In this document: piece by piece, positions 47,838 to 61,408 of the stretch
How the letters are laid out: each line of letters starts with the position of its first letter
Numbering within the stretch: the first letter of the stretch is position 1
From: Takakia lepidozioides
Lineage: Eukaryota > Plantae > Bryophyta
Reading direction: 5' to 3'
Assembly: GCA_030704615.1 (NCBI GenBank)
Contig: CM060732.1
Coordinates: 66,774,001-66,838,000, forward strand
Length of the DNA: 64,000 bases
The notes under the pieces: model-generated
Told to the model about the DNA's origin: nothing
Databases searched by the model: none
The model's input: the letters and a program-made list of their open reading frames with translations, nothing else
Made by a program: the position numbers and the translations under genes

Positions 47838-50800
47838 ATGGCGTCTGGTAACTGTACAAAGGCAGGACCCGTATGTACCGCGCGTTTGCTGCTCTCTTCT
47901 TGCTTCCCGCTTTGTCTTGGCTCTTTCACGGGCACAGGAATGGCAGCATGCTCCATTGGTTTCCTGCATTCGGAAGGAGAGGCCATACACGAGGCCCTGT
48001 CTTCTCCTTGTGGTGAAAGGACAGGAAGCATCACATTGCGGAGCGGATTGACGAGCAGGGCTGTGGAGCTGAAATGGGTATCCAGCTTCGCTATGCAGGG
48101 CCAAAGACCCTTGCAACTCATGTCCATGACGTCTTCCCAGCCTTCACGGAAACTGAAGACAGGTATAGACATGTAAGTTCTGTTGCATTTTGGGGTGTCC
48201 AAACTGTGTGCTAGCAGAAACTGCATCCATTTTGGTCCAAGGAGTTTACTTTATGGTCATGCAAAGTAGAACAGGAGCTGCAGTGCAACATCGTTGCCCT
48301 CCTTTGATCAGGCTCCTAGCGTCGATTATCTTAGAATATCGGGTATTACTAGACATGCGATTCGATTCAATTGACCATACCGTCTGACCTTGAATTCATC
48401 TCGTCGAGAACTTAAGAGCTTTCCTTCTTTTTTCCTACCCTGGATAATCCAGCTTAGTGAAGATATGATCCTTCTCCTGCCAACTGCGCTAAGAAACGCG
48501 ATGTCTCCATAATTTTCCAGGCTCTTCTCCTTGGCCTTTCTTAAACAAATTGACAATGACTCCCTGTCTCCAACGAAAGGGAATCACTTCAGTCTGCCAA
48601 ATAAGTTACAGAGAAGGGCAAAGGCGCCTAACCTAGGGTCACCACCATACTTGATGATTAGCTCGCCGACAGTGCCATCAGGTCCTCCCTTTATAGCCGC
48701 TTAGATACTTCATAGAATCCATGACCTTGCAGAACTAATGGGCGCATCATATCCCTTTGAGATATACTCGAGTTCATTAGGGCTATCTTGTAACATAAGA
48801 ACAGTTTTTTCTACTGTGTCCTTCCATTCTTCAGAAGTCTCAAGGAACCCACTCATTTGGTTGATTCTTCTCTCAAGCTTCTTCAAGAGGTTTCCCAGCT
48901 TGAGGTCCCCTTACTAATAGAATTAGATTCACAGCCAAGAAGGCTGTAATGTGCTTCAAAGGTTTCGTTGACCCTTATTATTCCCTACAGCCTGTACTCG
49001 CTGGCCATGTTTCGGCCTGTACAACTTCTGAGCCCTTGCAAGCTGTTTAACAAGTTTGCGCATTTGGGAATATCTAGACCACAGCTCCTTGTTATTCTTC
49101 ATATTAACAGAGAGAGAGAGAATGCACTCGGAAGACTTTGTTTGCTGTAGCCTCCAGAGAGAGAGAATGTACTCATAAGACGTTGTTTGCCGTAGCCTTG
49201 TGGCCATTGACCCCATGCCCAGTTTGAGCAGAACCCAAAGAGACAGAAACTACCTTTGTCAGGGGCTGATACTGGTAGTATGACTTATTTTGAAATAGAC
49301 AATTGATCCAAGTTTTCTAGCTATCCTCTAGAAACCCCTTCACACAAACATCAACCTGCTGTGTGTGATTTGCCCAATAACTAGACCCCAAAAGGGCCTG
49401 GGCTTTTGGGTCAGCCTCGTGATTTTCACAGTTGGTAAACAGAGGTAGGAACATTCCCTTGATGGATTTGAAGAGGGTGTCTCTCTGGTGAGAATACCAG
49501 GACAATGAGTCAGAAAGTGGATACTGTCTTCAGGTTGTCCACACGCGCGCGCGCACACACACACACACACACACAGTCTACTCATAAGACATCGTTTGCC
49601 GTAGCCTACACAAACACCCACACAGAGAATGTACTCATAAGACGTTTGCGGTAGACACACACACACAGAGGGAGAGTGGGAGAGAGAAATAAACAAATGG
49701 TGAAACAATGAGATGGGGCCCAGAGGGCCCCTAGCACCACTTCAGAAAACTCAAACAACTTCTGAAGGCTAAGTGCCTTCTGCAGGTAGGCTGCCTTGCA
49801 CTTGGGCTCCTCAAAACTGAAGCCTCTGCCAAAGGTAGTTATGGGGAGTTGGTGGAAACCCACCCAGGATAAAAGCTGAGCTGGTTGGAGTAGTGCAGGG
49901 TTGAGCATAATCTGGTGATGGTTGTAATGTTGATGTCTGCCATGGAGCACCAGCTGAGAATGCAACGGGTGTTGTTTTGATAATGATGCAAAAGGTTCCA
50001 ACTCAGCTTCAGATATGTGTAAGTTCGAGTGAGAAGGTTTATAACTAAGAGGTTCGCATCATGCAGGATGGCAAGGTTGAATCTGCCCCAGTTCTTTGCT
50101 GACCATCAGGCTGTCAGGAGGGATAGCACCTCCACCATCACTACTCCTTCTGAAAGAGGGCGAAGAGAGAGTGTAAATACGGAGTCTTCTGCCACCTGTG
50201 GGCATGTAAGAAGACTGAGTAAGGCAGGACGATTGAAAGAGGCACTGATCATTCTGAACCAACAACGAGTTTTGGCAGACTCCAATACTTATGTCTGTCT
50301 CTTACAAGAGTGCATCAACATGAAAAGCTTAGCAGAGGGAAAGCAGGTGTATACACACATCATCCAAAGTGGATTTAAGCCAAACATTTTTCTATTCAAC
50401 ACACTTGTCAACATGTATGCCAAGTGCGGAAGTGTGGTTGGTGCTCGGCATGTGTTCAACAATATGACTGAACGAGATGTATTTACCTGGAATACAATGA
50501 TAGCAGGATATGCCAAGCAAGGGTGTGGTAGGGAGGCTTTTGAGATCTTTAGTCTAATGCAACAGGAAGGGGTGACGCCCAACATGGTAACGTTCATTTG
50601 CATTCTGAATGCGTGTTCTAACCTAGGAGCCCTGGAAAAGGGCAAAGAGGTCCATGCTGGCATCATGAAAGCTGGAATTTCGCCAGATATGATTCTGGAG
50701 ACTGCCCTTGCTGACATGTATGCCAAATGTGGGAGCATGGAGGATGCACGTCAAATGTTTGACAATATGACTAAACGAGATGTGGTCTCATGGAATGCCA

Positions 50801-52917
50801 TGATCACAGGGTATGCTCAGCATGGTTGCGATAGGGAGGCTTTGAAGATCTATGAGCAAATGCAACGGGATGGGATGACACCCAACAGGGTCACATATAT
50901 TGGTGTGCTCAATGGATGTGCTGGCCTAGGAGACCTGGAAAAGGGCAGAGAGATCCATGCTGACATCATGAAAGCCGGGATTCCCATAGATATGATCCTG
51001 GAGACTACCCTTGCAGACATGTATGCCAAATGTGGGAACATGTCAGATGCACGCCAAGTGTTTGACAAAATGGCTAATCGAAATGTAGTTGCATGGAATG
51101 TGATGATTGCAGGATATGCTCAGAGTGGGTGTGGTGGAAAGGCTTTTGAGATCTATGAGAGAATGCAGCAGGAAGGAGTGACTCGTGACAAGGTCACATT
51201 CATTAGCATTCTCAATGCTTGTGCCAGCCTAGGTGCCTTGGAAAAGGGCAAAGAGGTCCATGCTGACATCATGAAAGCTGGACTTGCATCATATATAAAT
51301 TTGGAGAATGCCCTTGTCGACATGTATGCCAAATGTGGCAGCATGCAGGATGCACATCAACTGTTCGACCGAATGGCTGAACGAGATGTTGTCTCATGGA
51401 ATGCTATGATCTCGGGATATGCCCAGCATGAGTGTGGTACGGAGGCTTTTGAGATCCATGAGCACATGCTCCGCGAAGGGGTGACGCCTGACAGGGTCAC
51501 TTTTATTTGTGTTCTCAATGCATGTGCCAGCCTAGGCGACCTGGAAAAGGGCAAAGTGGTTCATGCTGCCATCATAACAGCTCAAATTGGGTCATACATA
51601 AATTTGGACAATGCCCTTATTGACATGTATGCAAAATGCGGGAGCATGCAGGATGCATGGAAAGTGTTTGATGATATGGCTACACAAAATGTGGTCTCAT
51701 GGAGTGCGATGATTGCAGGATACACTGAGAATGGGTGTGGTGGGGAGGCTTTCAAGATGTATGAGCAAATGCAACGGGAAGGGGTGATGCCAGACAGTGT
51801 CACATACATCTCTGTTCTTAATGCGTGTGCCAGTGTCGGAGCACTGGAAAAGGGCAAAGAGGTCCATGATGACATTATCAAAGCTGGCACTATATCATAT
51901 ATTAAATTGGAGAATAGCCTTGTTGACATGTATGCCAAATGCGGGAACTTGGATGATGCGCGCCAAGTGTTCAGCAATATGGCTCAACGCGATGTGGTAT
52001 CCTTGAACTCGATGATCGCAGGATGTGCTCAGCATGGATGTGGTAGGGAGGCCCTGCAAGTGTTTGAACGAACGCAACGGGAAGGTGTGAAGCCGAACGG
52101 GATCACCTTCATTTCTCTGCTCTCTGCATGTAGCCATGTGGGCCTAGTGGAGGAGGGATGCCACTACTTTGATTCCATGAGTAGAGATTATGGCCTCACA
52201 CCTTCTGTAGAGCATTTTGGCTGCGTAGTGGACCTGCTTGGCCGTGCAGGTCGATTGGATGAGGCAGAGGATTTTGTTAACAAAATGTCCATTGAACCGA
52301 GTTCTTCAGTGTGGGGAGCCTTGCTTGGTGCCTGTAGAATTCATGGGAATATCAAGCTAGCAGAACGAGCTGCGAAAGGTGTTCTTAAGTCGGATCCACA
52401 GAACCCTGGAGCTTATGTGCTGCTATCAAACATCTATGCTGCGGCTGGCAGGTGGGAGGATAAGGCAAAGGTGAGAAAAATGATGGAGGATAGAGGTGTC
52501 AGAAAGGAACCAGGGCACAGCTGCATTGAGGTTGACAGCCAGGTGCATGTATTTGTTGCAGAAGACAAATCACATCCACAAATTGAGGAAATCCTTGCTG
52601 AGCTGAACAGATTGTCTGGGCTGATGAAGAAGGCAGGGTACATACCTGACACACGTTTTGTATTGCATGACTTAGATGAGGAACACAAGGAACTTTCTCT
52701 TTGCTACCACAGTGAGAGGCTGGCCATCGCTTTTGGGCTCATCAGTACGGCTTCTGGGACACCTGTACGCGTCATAAAAAATCTTCGGGTGTGTGGTGAC
52801 TGCCACACAGCAACCAAAGTTATCTCCAAGATTGTTGGGCGAGAACTTGTTGTACGGGATGCCAACCGTTTTCACCACTTCCGGAATGGGACTTGTTCTT
52901 GCGGGGATTATTGGTGA
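47838..52917 (+). CDS. Intact PLS-E-DYW PPR protein (organellar C-to-U editing factor); predicted exons 47838-48172 and 50067-52917
   Basis: 962-aa open frame with PLS triplets, E domain, PG box (PGHSCIEV), HSERLA, CGDCH and terminal DYW. The upstream exon is homologous to 43009-43194, and its AT|GTAAGT donor is in phase with TGCAG|G ATG. The first exon is less certain than the main exon. Confidence 0.93.
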
Positions 52918-55900
52918 GACAAGCATGCATGACACACATTTGCTAACTCCATGTAAGATTATCTTCTTAGCATCCAAGAATATAGTTGAATGACATAATT
53001 GTCATTGGATGTGACAGTCAGCACTGCATTTCCAGTGAGCTGTATCACAATCGGAGTATGATACATGGACTCCTTGTTCCAGAGCAGTTTGTGACATGCA
53101 GGATCAGTAGGAATGAAGAAAATCCCGGAGTCATGGGGGCTGAATGTTGTTCCCCAAAATAGTTAACAGGCAAGATCCCCCACAACCAACGAAGACTGTA
53201 CTTGAGGGTGTAGAAATAAAAGACTTTAAACATACCATGTCTCAGTACATGGTAACTCGAGCAGCTGCAGAGGCTTTACATATGTGCAGGAGAAACAGCC
53301 ACCTAATTCATGACACCACAATGTCCATTTTTCAGCATAACAGTTACAATTACTACTAATTACTATTGTTTCTAGATCATCCACCAGTCAATCAAGCACT
53401 CAATGTAGTCTTTCAGTCGTAGACCAATGCCACCATGACTGTGCGGTTGCAGCACACCTTCTGGTATGTGATATCAATCAAGAACTATTCATTCTCACTA
53501 GATGCATGTGAATATCCTGTTGACATCAGAATACTGGAAGTCAGATGTCTGATAGCTGCTGCTGAAGGAAGGCAAGAATCACGTCATTAAATTTGGCAAA
53601 TTGCTCTTCATGTATGAAATGACCACCATCAAGGAGCACAATGTCCTTCAGATTGGGCACGAAAGTCTTGAAGCCTGGACCTTCTATATACTCCTTGAAA
53701 CCTGGAAATTCGAACCCCAAGTCCTCCTTACCGGCGATATACAAAGTCGTTGTTTGGACAGACGAATTTGTCCATGGAGCCTTCAGCTCCCAATTCCTGC
53801 ACAATTTGACAACCCCACTAAGTCAGTTTCCTTCCCTCTCTACTTTCAAGTATGAGGTCCAATACCACGGGGCTTTCAACAACTTTCCATTCTCATGCTG
53901 GGTTGTCTTTGTTCTGGGTGCAATAGCTTATTTCAGCTGAGTATCGTACATTTGTGAACTCTGGTAAACACTAAGCAACAGTCAGAAGGAAATAAATGAG
54001 CAAGTCTGCTGTTCGTCAGTGGTACATTTGTGTGAACTTTATCACCACTCTATGTCAGATTCTTTCTCCCACTACATAAAGCTCAATCACCTAGTAGGAC
54101 AGTCGTGTCTGCCTTCTCTCACCATCAATCTGCAGACTGTGTAATGATGACCTCTCACATCCATAGCTCTACGAGCTTCCCCCTGGACATTATGAAGTTT
54201 CTTCCTTTTTCCCTTGCTCTCAAAAGAGGGAACACAATCGAATGCTGAATGCAGCCCAAGTTCAGCTTAGACAACCAAAAATGCACCAAACTGGATAGGA
54301 AACACAATGAAACACAACCCAACTGTCTGAAACCACATGAATGTGCTACTGGGGAAGAATGAAGACATCTCAAAAGACGTAGAGAAATAAGGCCCAACTT
54401 CATTGACATGGCAGGAGCCATTACCTTATCGTCAATTCAAACTCGTGGCCACTGGTTCACGAAACTCCCAACTTTAATCAGACTAGTTTGTAAAAGGTAC
54501 TCAGATGTGTTACATCCTTTGAGGATGGGAGGGAGCTCTGATAGAGGAAAAACTCAGGGAGGGAGATTATGCCAGTGCATTTTCAGGGTGAGCAGAATGC
54601 GTCAGTGCATCTTACAGCTCCTCGCAATAACAGGGCAAAAAAATAAAAGAGGGAAGAGGTGCACCTGTCAACATTACGATAGTAATTGAGCGGACCGCTG
54701 AAGCCAGACTTTTCATAGTTCTCAGTACAGTACTGGAGGTCTTCTTCAGTGAACCACGAGGGGAGGTTCTTGACAACAGGGAACCCACTAGAGAGTTCTT
54801 TTCCCTCTGGTGCAATCAAGTTCTCCAGCTTGACACGAAGAACTGATTTAAGGACTGTCTTAGTTCCTACACTTGCAAAGTCCCGTTCTGCTCTTCCAGG
54901 TTCCTGCAGCAAAATTGACACCAAGAAACAGGCCATTAGAAGTGAATAGGTGTCCCTGTTTATAACACGTGTCTGTCCATGTGTGTCTGGACCCTGAGTG
55001 TCAATGTAGAATCGCAGCTAGATGTCACTTTTGTGGAGAGCAGGCTACATTAGTAGCTGACTTTGTACATTCTTGATGATGGTTATGCCAGCCCTTTGAT
55101 CAACCACCCATGTAGATTATTGCAGACTATGTTAAAGCACTGTTGCTATGTCAGGCAGAACCATGAAAACAGGACAGCTACTGGAAGGTTGGCCCAACAA
55201 GAACTTTGCCTAGATGGTGGGGTTCCATATGGAACATGTGAGCAAAGATTAGTTAAGGTCAGCTCTTAAGCAAGCATCTGGATGTGGCTGCAGCAAGTAG
55301 ATCACTGACTGACCTGGAACCTGTTCTGATAGAACCCTTCCCCAAATACTGCAACTGCCTGTTTGAGAACGCTGCCACCTGCCAAACGTGGAAAAAAGGG
55401 AACGCTGACTGCTACATATGCTCTAACCCGATCAGGCCGTAGCAAGCAGAGATCCCATGCAATAAGAGCCCCCCAGTCATGAGCCACCACAAAAACCTGC
55501 AGTGGAAAACAGTACCAAAACCATGAAAGTGCAGAATGTGGTACCTACATAGACAAAAATATTGACCAATGAAGAGTCCTTGTGCCAATAACCCCACAAA
55601 ATCTCCTGATCATGCAAACGACAGTAGCTGAATATCTATCCCAGGACATGCTAACAAACACTTATGCTACAATCCCAAACTGCGAGGATGACAAGACAAG
55701 AAGACGAAAGACAAATGACAAGGAGGAGGAGCTAGTGGGCTAGTGGGGAGAAGGAGATGAAGCTACATGGTGCGGTAGTACAAACAGATGGATGAACAAG
55801 AAGCCAATGAGAGAAGGCAGATTCAGGTGCATCCATACCAAAACCTTTGGTGCAGAATCCATGGATTTGTAATACCTGTTTCTCTCCAAGGGCATCCAGC

Positions 55901-58470
55901 AAGCCAATGAGATCTCCTACAACATGGAACGATGTGTATTGATCGATGGCTGTGGGAGCATCTGTCTGGCCATAACCACGCAAGTCAGGCGCTACAACAT
56001 GGAAGCCAGCTTCTGCCAAAACAGGAATTTGGTGACGCCATGAGTACCACAGCTCTGGAAACCCGTGAAGAAGTAGCACTGTGGGCCCTGAGACACACAA
56101 TGTTCACCATACAGTGTCCGGTTACAACATTGATGTGAGAACCCCTGCATCACATGGTGAAAACAATTACAGGAGTACCACACAATCAATCAAACTGAGC
56201 TTGTGAAAGGTTCAACCCAGAACACTCCGAGAAGCACTGGCCACCTATGCAAGCACGCCGCGAGGGACAAGGGGGGAGAGAGAGAGAGGAGAATGAGTCA
56301 GAGAAGGAAATTTAACAGACTCTGCGTTCACGCATGACTAGCACCTCCAAATAACAGAAAGAAACAGGAGAGCAAAATGATTGAATGAGGACGGACAACA
56401 TACCGGCGCCTTGCTCAGCGATATGCACAGTGATGCCATTGGTCTTGATGAAGCGATGCGTGATCTCCGCCATATTCCCAGCTCAATTCTTGCCTGCATT
56501 GGAGCAGCCTCCAATGGTAGCGTTCCAGAATCAATAAAAAGGCAACCCAGGAGTAGAGAGAGATTGACAAGAAGGGTGGCCGAGCTCGGTAGCTCAGACG
56601 GAAGCATTCAAGCATTACCAATGAGAATTGTGTAACTTCGAAGACAACGTCCCCACAATCTTCGGGATTGATCTAGCCTGACTTGCTATGGTGCAAGTGC
56701 AGACATCTTCAAGATAAATATCTCGTAGGCAAATTACTCAACTCAGCTGTGTGCACAAACCGATGACGATCAACAAAGGCTGGCTACGAAGTAGCTTTCC
56801 CAAGGGAGAAAACGACGCAGGACCCAAGTGGTTTCGCCTGAATTCAAATCACTCCCTGAAACTGCTTTTAGCTAGTGGTAAGAGAATATCATGGATTGAC
56901 CCCCGACACTGACAATGCAAACTCAACTAGAGCAGCAAACTCAACGCACAACCGAGACTCTGGTCTGAGACTATCGAAGACAGTGTACTCGTGCCTCACT
57001 GCAAGTACATTTCACTAAATTTACAGCTAGTACAGCCTCCTTAAATGCCGATGCTTGACTTGGTAGCAACTATTACCTGGAGAGTTTTTGCTCAGTCCTC
57101 CTTCTGTCTTCCTTGGCAGTTCACTGGGCGTGTCTGCCCTGCCTCTGCAGAACCAGAGAAATTCTTGAGCTGTCCACTGAGCAATAGAGTGTCTACATTC
57201 GGTAGACGTTAATGCTACATAGAAATCCAAGGTTTGGCTCTCTTCTCTACAAGAGAATCTTCTCTGAGCATCGTGTTGAACTCAATGGAGTAAATGTGGT
57301 CAAAGGACCTTAGACCGTTTGTCGGCTCTCTTGTAGAGATAGACTCTGCAACATGTTGAAGTCAATGGAGACAATGTGGTCAAAGGACCTTACACCGTAT
57401 CAAGGCTCCTATTGGTGTGTTGTGCTGACTCATGCCCCTTACTCTCACCTCCTCTTATGTTTTGCCAAAGCAAGAGAGCCCATGGCCATTTTAGGCTTGT
57501 TGAACTAAACGGAGAAAATGTAATCAAAGGACTTAGACCGGGTCAAGGCAGCGATTAGTGTGATCAGTGTGTTGTTGTGAAAAATCATGCTCCCTTCCTC
57601 TTATGTTTTGCCAAAGCAAATATATAAGGGGAGGGAGGGCACCTGTGTTGGAGTGGGTGAAATGTTGAAATGTGAGGCCACCTGTAAAGGCTAGCTTAGA
57701 AGTAGGAGGGTGGGCCCTTCTTCCAAAATATTCCAAAGAAGTAGATTAAGGTGAGGATGAGGGTGTGGGCCCTTGCATCGCTCACTGGAGACACTAGGCC
57801 TGTGCACATGCACCTTTGCTCACTCCCGTTTGCCAGGCGAATTCGCCACTGGCCGGCCCCACGTCAAGGAGCGAAGCGAAGGACTGTACCCGGCACATGC
57901 AGCGAACGGTTGGTGGCCCTGTCGCGTTTTTCCTTTTGGAGTTGGTTTTTACAGCTGGGTGCTTGCCATTACATGCCCAGGTGTCAGCCATTGCACATTG
58001 AGGTGTTTGCCATTACACGCTCAAGCTTGTTAATCAAAACCAAGACTAGAAAAAAGGACCAAGTTCTCATGCAAAAGGTTTTCCTCATTTGGATGCTTCT
58101 TTTTGTTACCTTAGGAAATTGTGCAATGTTCAAGTCTGGAGTGAGGCATCTGTTTGCAGATAATGTTCCGCCAATAGGGTTTAGTTTCCTTCCAATTTTG
58201 TGTGTCATTGCAAAGAGAGAGAGACATCCACCTCGCTTGTGGTGGAAAAAACCTAGACAATACACGCATAGGGATAATGTAGAAAGAGTATAGCAGCACA
58301 AAAGTGTGAGTCAGCATAACACATGCCAACACATGCCATACAGTATGGACTGTAGTAGACCATACAGTATGAAAGAGTATGGCACACTACACCTGCAATG
58401 AGAGACAATAAATGTTTAATGTTTTACAGAATAAGTTCTATAGATTTCAACAACTTTGTGGTAGAATTGA
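50277..58470 (+). repeat. Segmental duplication, copy 2 (partner 1-8310)
   Basis: See copy 1. Confidence 0.97.
53541..56473 (-). CDS. Soluble epoxide hydrolase, copy 2 (5 exons)
   Basis: Same exon structure and catalytic residues as 3201-6455; ends QQQLSDI*. Confidence 0.95.
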
Positions 58471-59130
58471 CACATTTCTTGCAATCTCGATGTCTTAATT
58501 CTGTGAGGCCACAATTAGAGATCAGAAAATTTGTGGCCATTATTCTATATAGGTTTGCTCATGGGTATAGTGCTACACATATGGCTGATCGTTTCAATGT
58601 AGGTGCATCAACCATACGAAAGTATGTTGATATTGTGTGTGACATTCTAACTGATGCCAACAAATTGTTCAGCAAGTACATGTATCCATTTAGGTGACCG
58701 TTTGAACGAGATTATAGACCGTTTCTAGGACCTGATAAGACTACCTAATATTTGTGGAGCAAATGATGGCAGTCACATTTTTTTAGCTGAGCTTCCCAAT
58801 AAAAGAGTTACACTTGCAATTAGTGACTTTACAATAGAAAAAAAATACCACGGTATCGTGCTGCAAACAGTTTGCAAATGTAGACAAGAGATTTTGGAAT
58901 ATTGTATGTGCGGGCCAACCATGAGGGGTTCATGATGGAGGACAGTTCAAGATATCGAGCCTGTATAGACGATTCTTCAAGAGCCAGCGGTCATTGTTGG
59001 AGGCATAAGATGCACTATGTACTTGATTGGAGATGCATCTTATCCTATCCGCACCTACTTGCAAAAGAATTGGAAAACCCGCAATCCTGTTGACATAGAA
59101 AAGAGAAAATTTGATTGTATACCCAAATAT
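58090..59130 (+). mobile_element. PIF/Harbinger transposase pseudogene
   Basis: VAIILYRFAHGYSATHMADRFNVGASTIRKYVDIVCDIL (HTH), LPNI.GANDGSHI, NRKKYHGIVLQ, GVHDGGQFK and GDASYP, with stops and frameshifts. Confidence 0.9.
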
Positions 59131-59749
59131 GTGTATAGGTCGTCTTGGTCCAGGGCTTGCTAAATCGTGAGCAGAATCCGTGAGCAGAATGCTGCTCACA
59201 CTTTTGGATGTGATCACCTATAACCATAAACACTTATTCGGCTTAGAAGACCCATTACTGCGAGTAGTGTCCAGTATAACATGCATACCAATGCATCGTT
59301 ATGGTTGAATGATGGATGAATGATGGATGAATGGCACATAGATGAATGTAGTTTGTGGTTGAATGCAAAATTAAAAAGCATTTTTGAGTAGTGATTGCCA
59401 AATCCCCCGAGCTCCAAAGTGAACCTCTGCCAACTACAAAGGGTTGTGGTTGTCATTTTACCAGATATCCTAAGTCGAGAGAGATGCTGACACCCAATTG
59501 CAAAAAAGGTGGAGAGGCCGTTTGGTACTTTAATATAAATCGCTTGAAAACAGCCGATTCATTCCGACGAAGAATATCCACTGCTACTAGAGTTGGAGTC
59601 CAAAACAAAGGCGGGACTGTCTATGAAGACACTAGCCCTACTCTGCACAAAATCCTCTCTATCGTAAAGCACAAGAGGGGGAGAAGAAAGGAGACTAAAT
59701 TCGCAAGCTGCGGCCTCCGCATAACATGACATCTATAACGTCTCCTGAT

Positions 59750-60982
59750 GTGCTATTTGGGGTGAATGACATCTACAAATTGCTCGGATCACATCACTTA
59801 TGATTTGTTGTCATGTCCTTCTTCCATGTGACCAGAAATGTTGGGTAAACGCTAGGTCTTTTGCTTGCAAAGCGGGGGTTGGGTTTTTTTTTCAAGTTTT
59901 TTAATTTTAATTTTAATTTTAATTTTTTCCCCTGAATGTGCTAGATTAAGGTGTCGTTGACGACACCTTAATCGACCTTTATCTGGCTAGTCTTCTGGTG
60001 TGCTATTTCAGGTGAATGACATCTACAAATTGTTCGGACCACATAACTTATGATTTGTTGTCATGTCATTCTTCCATATGATCAGAAATCCATGCTGGGT
60101 AAACGCTAGGTCTTTTGTTTGCAAAGCAGGGGTTGGATTCATTTGCAAGTTTTCTAAATTTTATTATTATTTTATTTTTCCCCGAATGGCTGGTCCTCTG
60201 CAGCGTTTATTTTTTGGCGACTTTTTGCCAAATGGCGACCTCAAAAAATAAAAAATAATATTCTGTAGCAAATTTCATGTTTTGTCATAGATGAAATCGC
60301 CAAATTTCTCCAAAAATAATAATAATAATGGATGAATTCGCTATTTGGGGTGAATGGTATCTACAAATTGCTCGGACCTATGATTCGTTGCCGTGTCCTT
60401 GTTCCATGTGATCAGAAATCCATGTTGGATAAACGCCAGGTCTTTTGCTTGCAAAGCAGGGGTTTAGTTCATTTGCAAGTTTTCCCTATATATATATATA
60501 TATATATATATTATTTCTATTTCTATTTTATTTTTATTTTTCCCCGAATGTGCCAGATTAAGGTGTTGTCAACACACCTTAATATGGCTGGTCTTCTAGT
60601 ATGCTATTTGGGATGAATGACATCTACAAATTGCTCGGACCACATAACTTATGATTCGTTGTCATGTCCTTCTTCCATGTGACCAGAAATTCATGCTGGT
60701 AAACGCCAGGTCTTTTGCTTGCAAAGCAAAGGTTGGGTTCATTTGCAAGTTTTTCCATATATATATAATTTTATTAATTTGTTTTTATTTTATTTTTCCC
60801 GGAATGTGCTAGATTGACAACACCTTAATCTGGCTGGTCTTCTGGTGTGTTATTTGTAGTGAATGGCATCTACAAATTGCTCGGACCACATAACTTATGA
60901 TTCGTTGTCATGTCTTTCTTCCGGGTGACCAGAAATCCATGCTGGGTAAACGCCAGGTCTCTTGCTTGCAAAGCAGGGGTTG
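59750..60982. repeat. Tandem repeat of 5 units, ~250-340 bp each
   Basis: The unit gctatttggggtgaatgacatctacaaattgctcggaccac... recurs near 59751, 60001, 60340, 60602 and 60848. Confidence 0.9.
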
Positions 60983-61408
60983 TGTTGTGCGCATACATAT
61001 CGCTACACAACTACATCGCTGTCCAAAACCACACAACACAAGTGCACGCCACACACTAGTATGTCACTAGTCCACACAATCGCCCCCATAGCTGGTGTTT
61101 AGGTCCCTCTAAGTCCAGGTAGCCACAAGATGTGATAGTGACCATAGCCTCACTAAGTCCTCCACCACTGTCCCTACTACACTCAAACTCGATAGATCAA
61201 GAGGCCGAGTGCAAGAGTTGCCCCATCGTTAGTCGCCATCTTGCAATCTGTGAACTTGAGCCTGGGATCTCGTGTATTGACTCCTACGAGCTTGGCCTCC
61301 CATGTCTTGTTAGCTGCCTCTAGTCATGTCCACTGCCACTATCCCAGTAGTGTGGACATAACCAATCTCCATCAGGAACCCTCTCAAGAGGTGGTGTCAA
61401 GCATCACA
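60983..61408. mobile_element. LTR-like segment
   Basis: TG...CA ends; interrupts the tandem repeat on the left and the PHD finger on the right. No TSD. Confidence 0.45.

Noticed and set aside
48300-48950. Coding-like minus-strand stretch in the PPR intron, considered as an endogenous viral fragment
   Set aside because: Stops are present and I recognise no diagnostic motif. A tblastx or HMM search would be needed.
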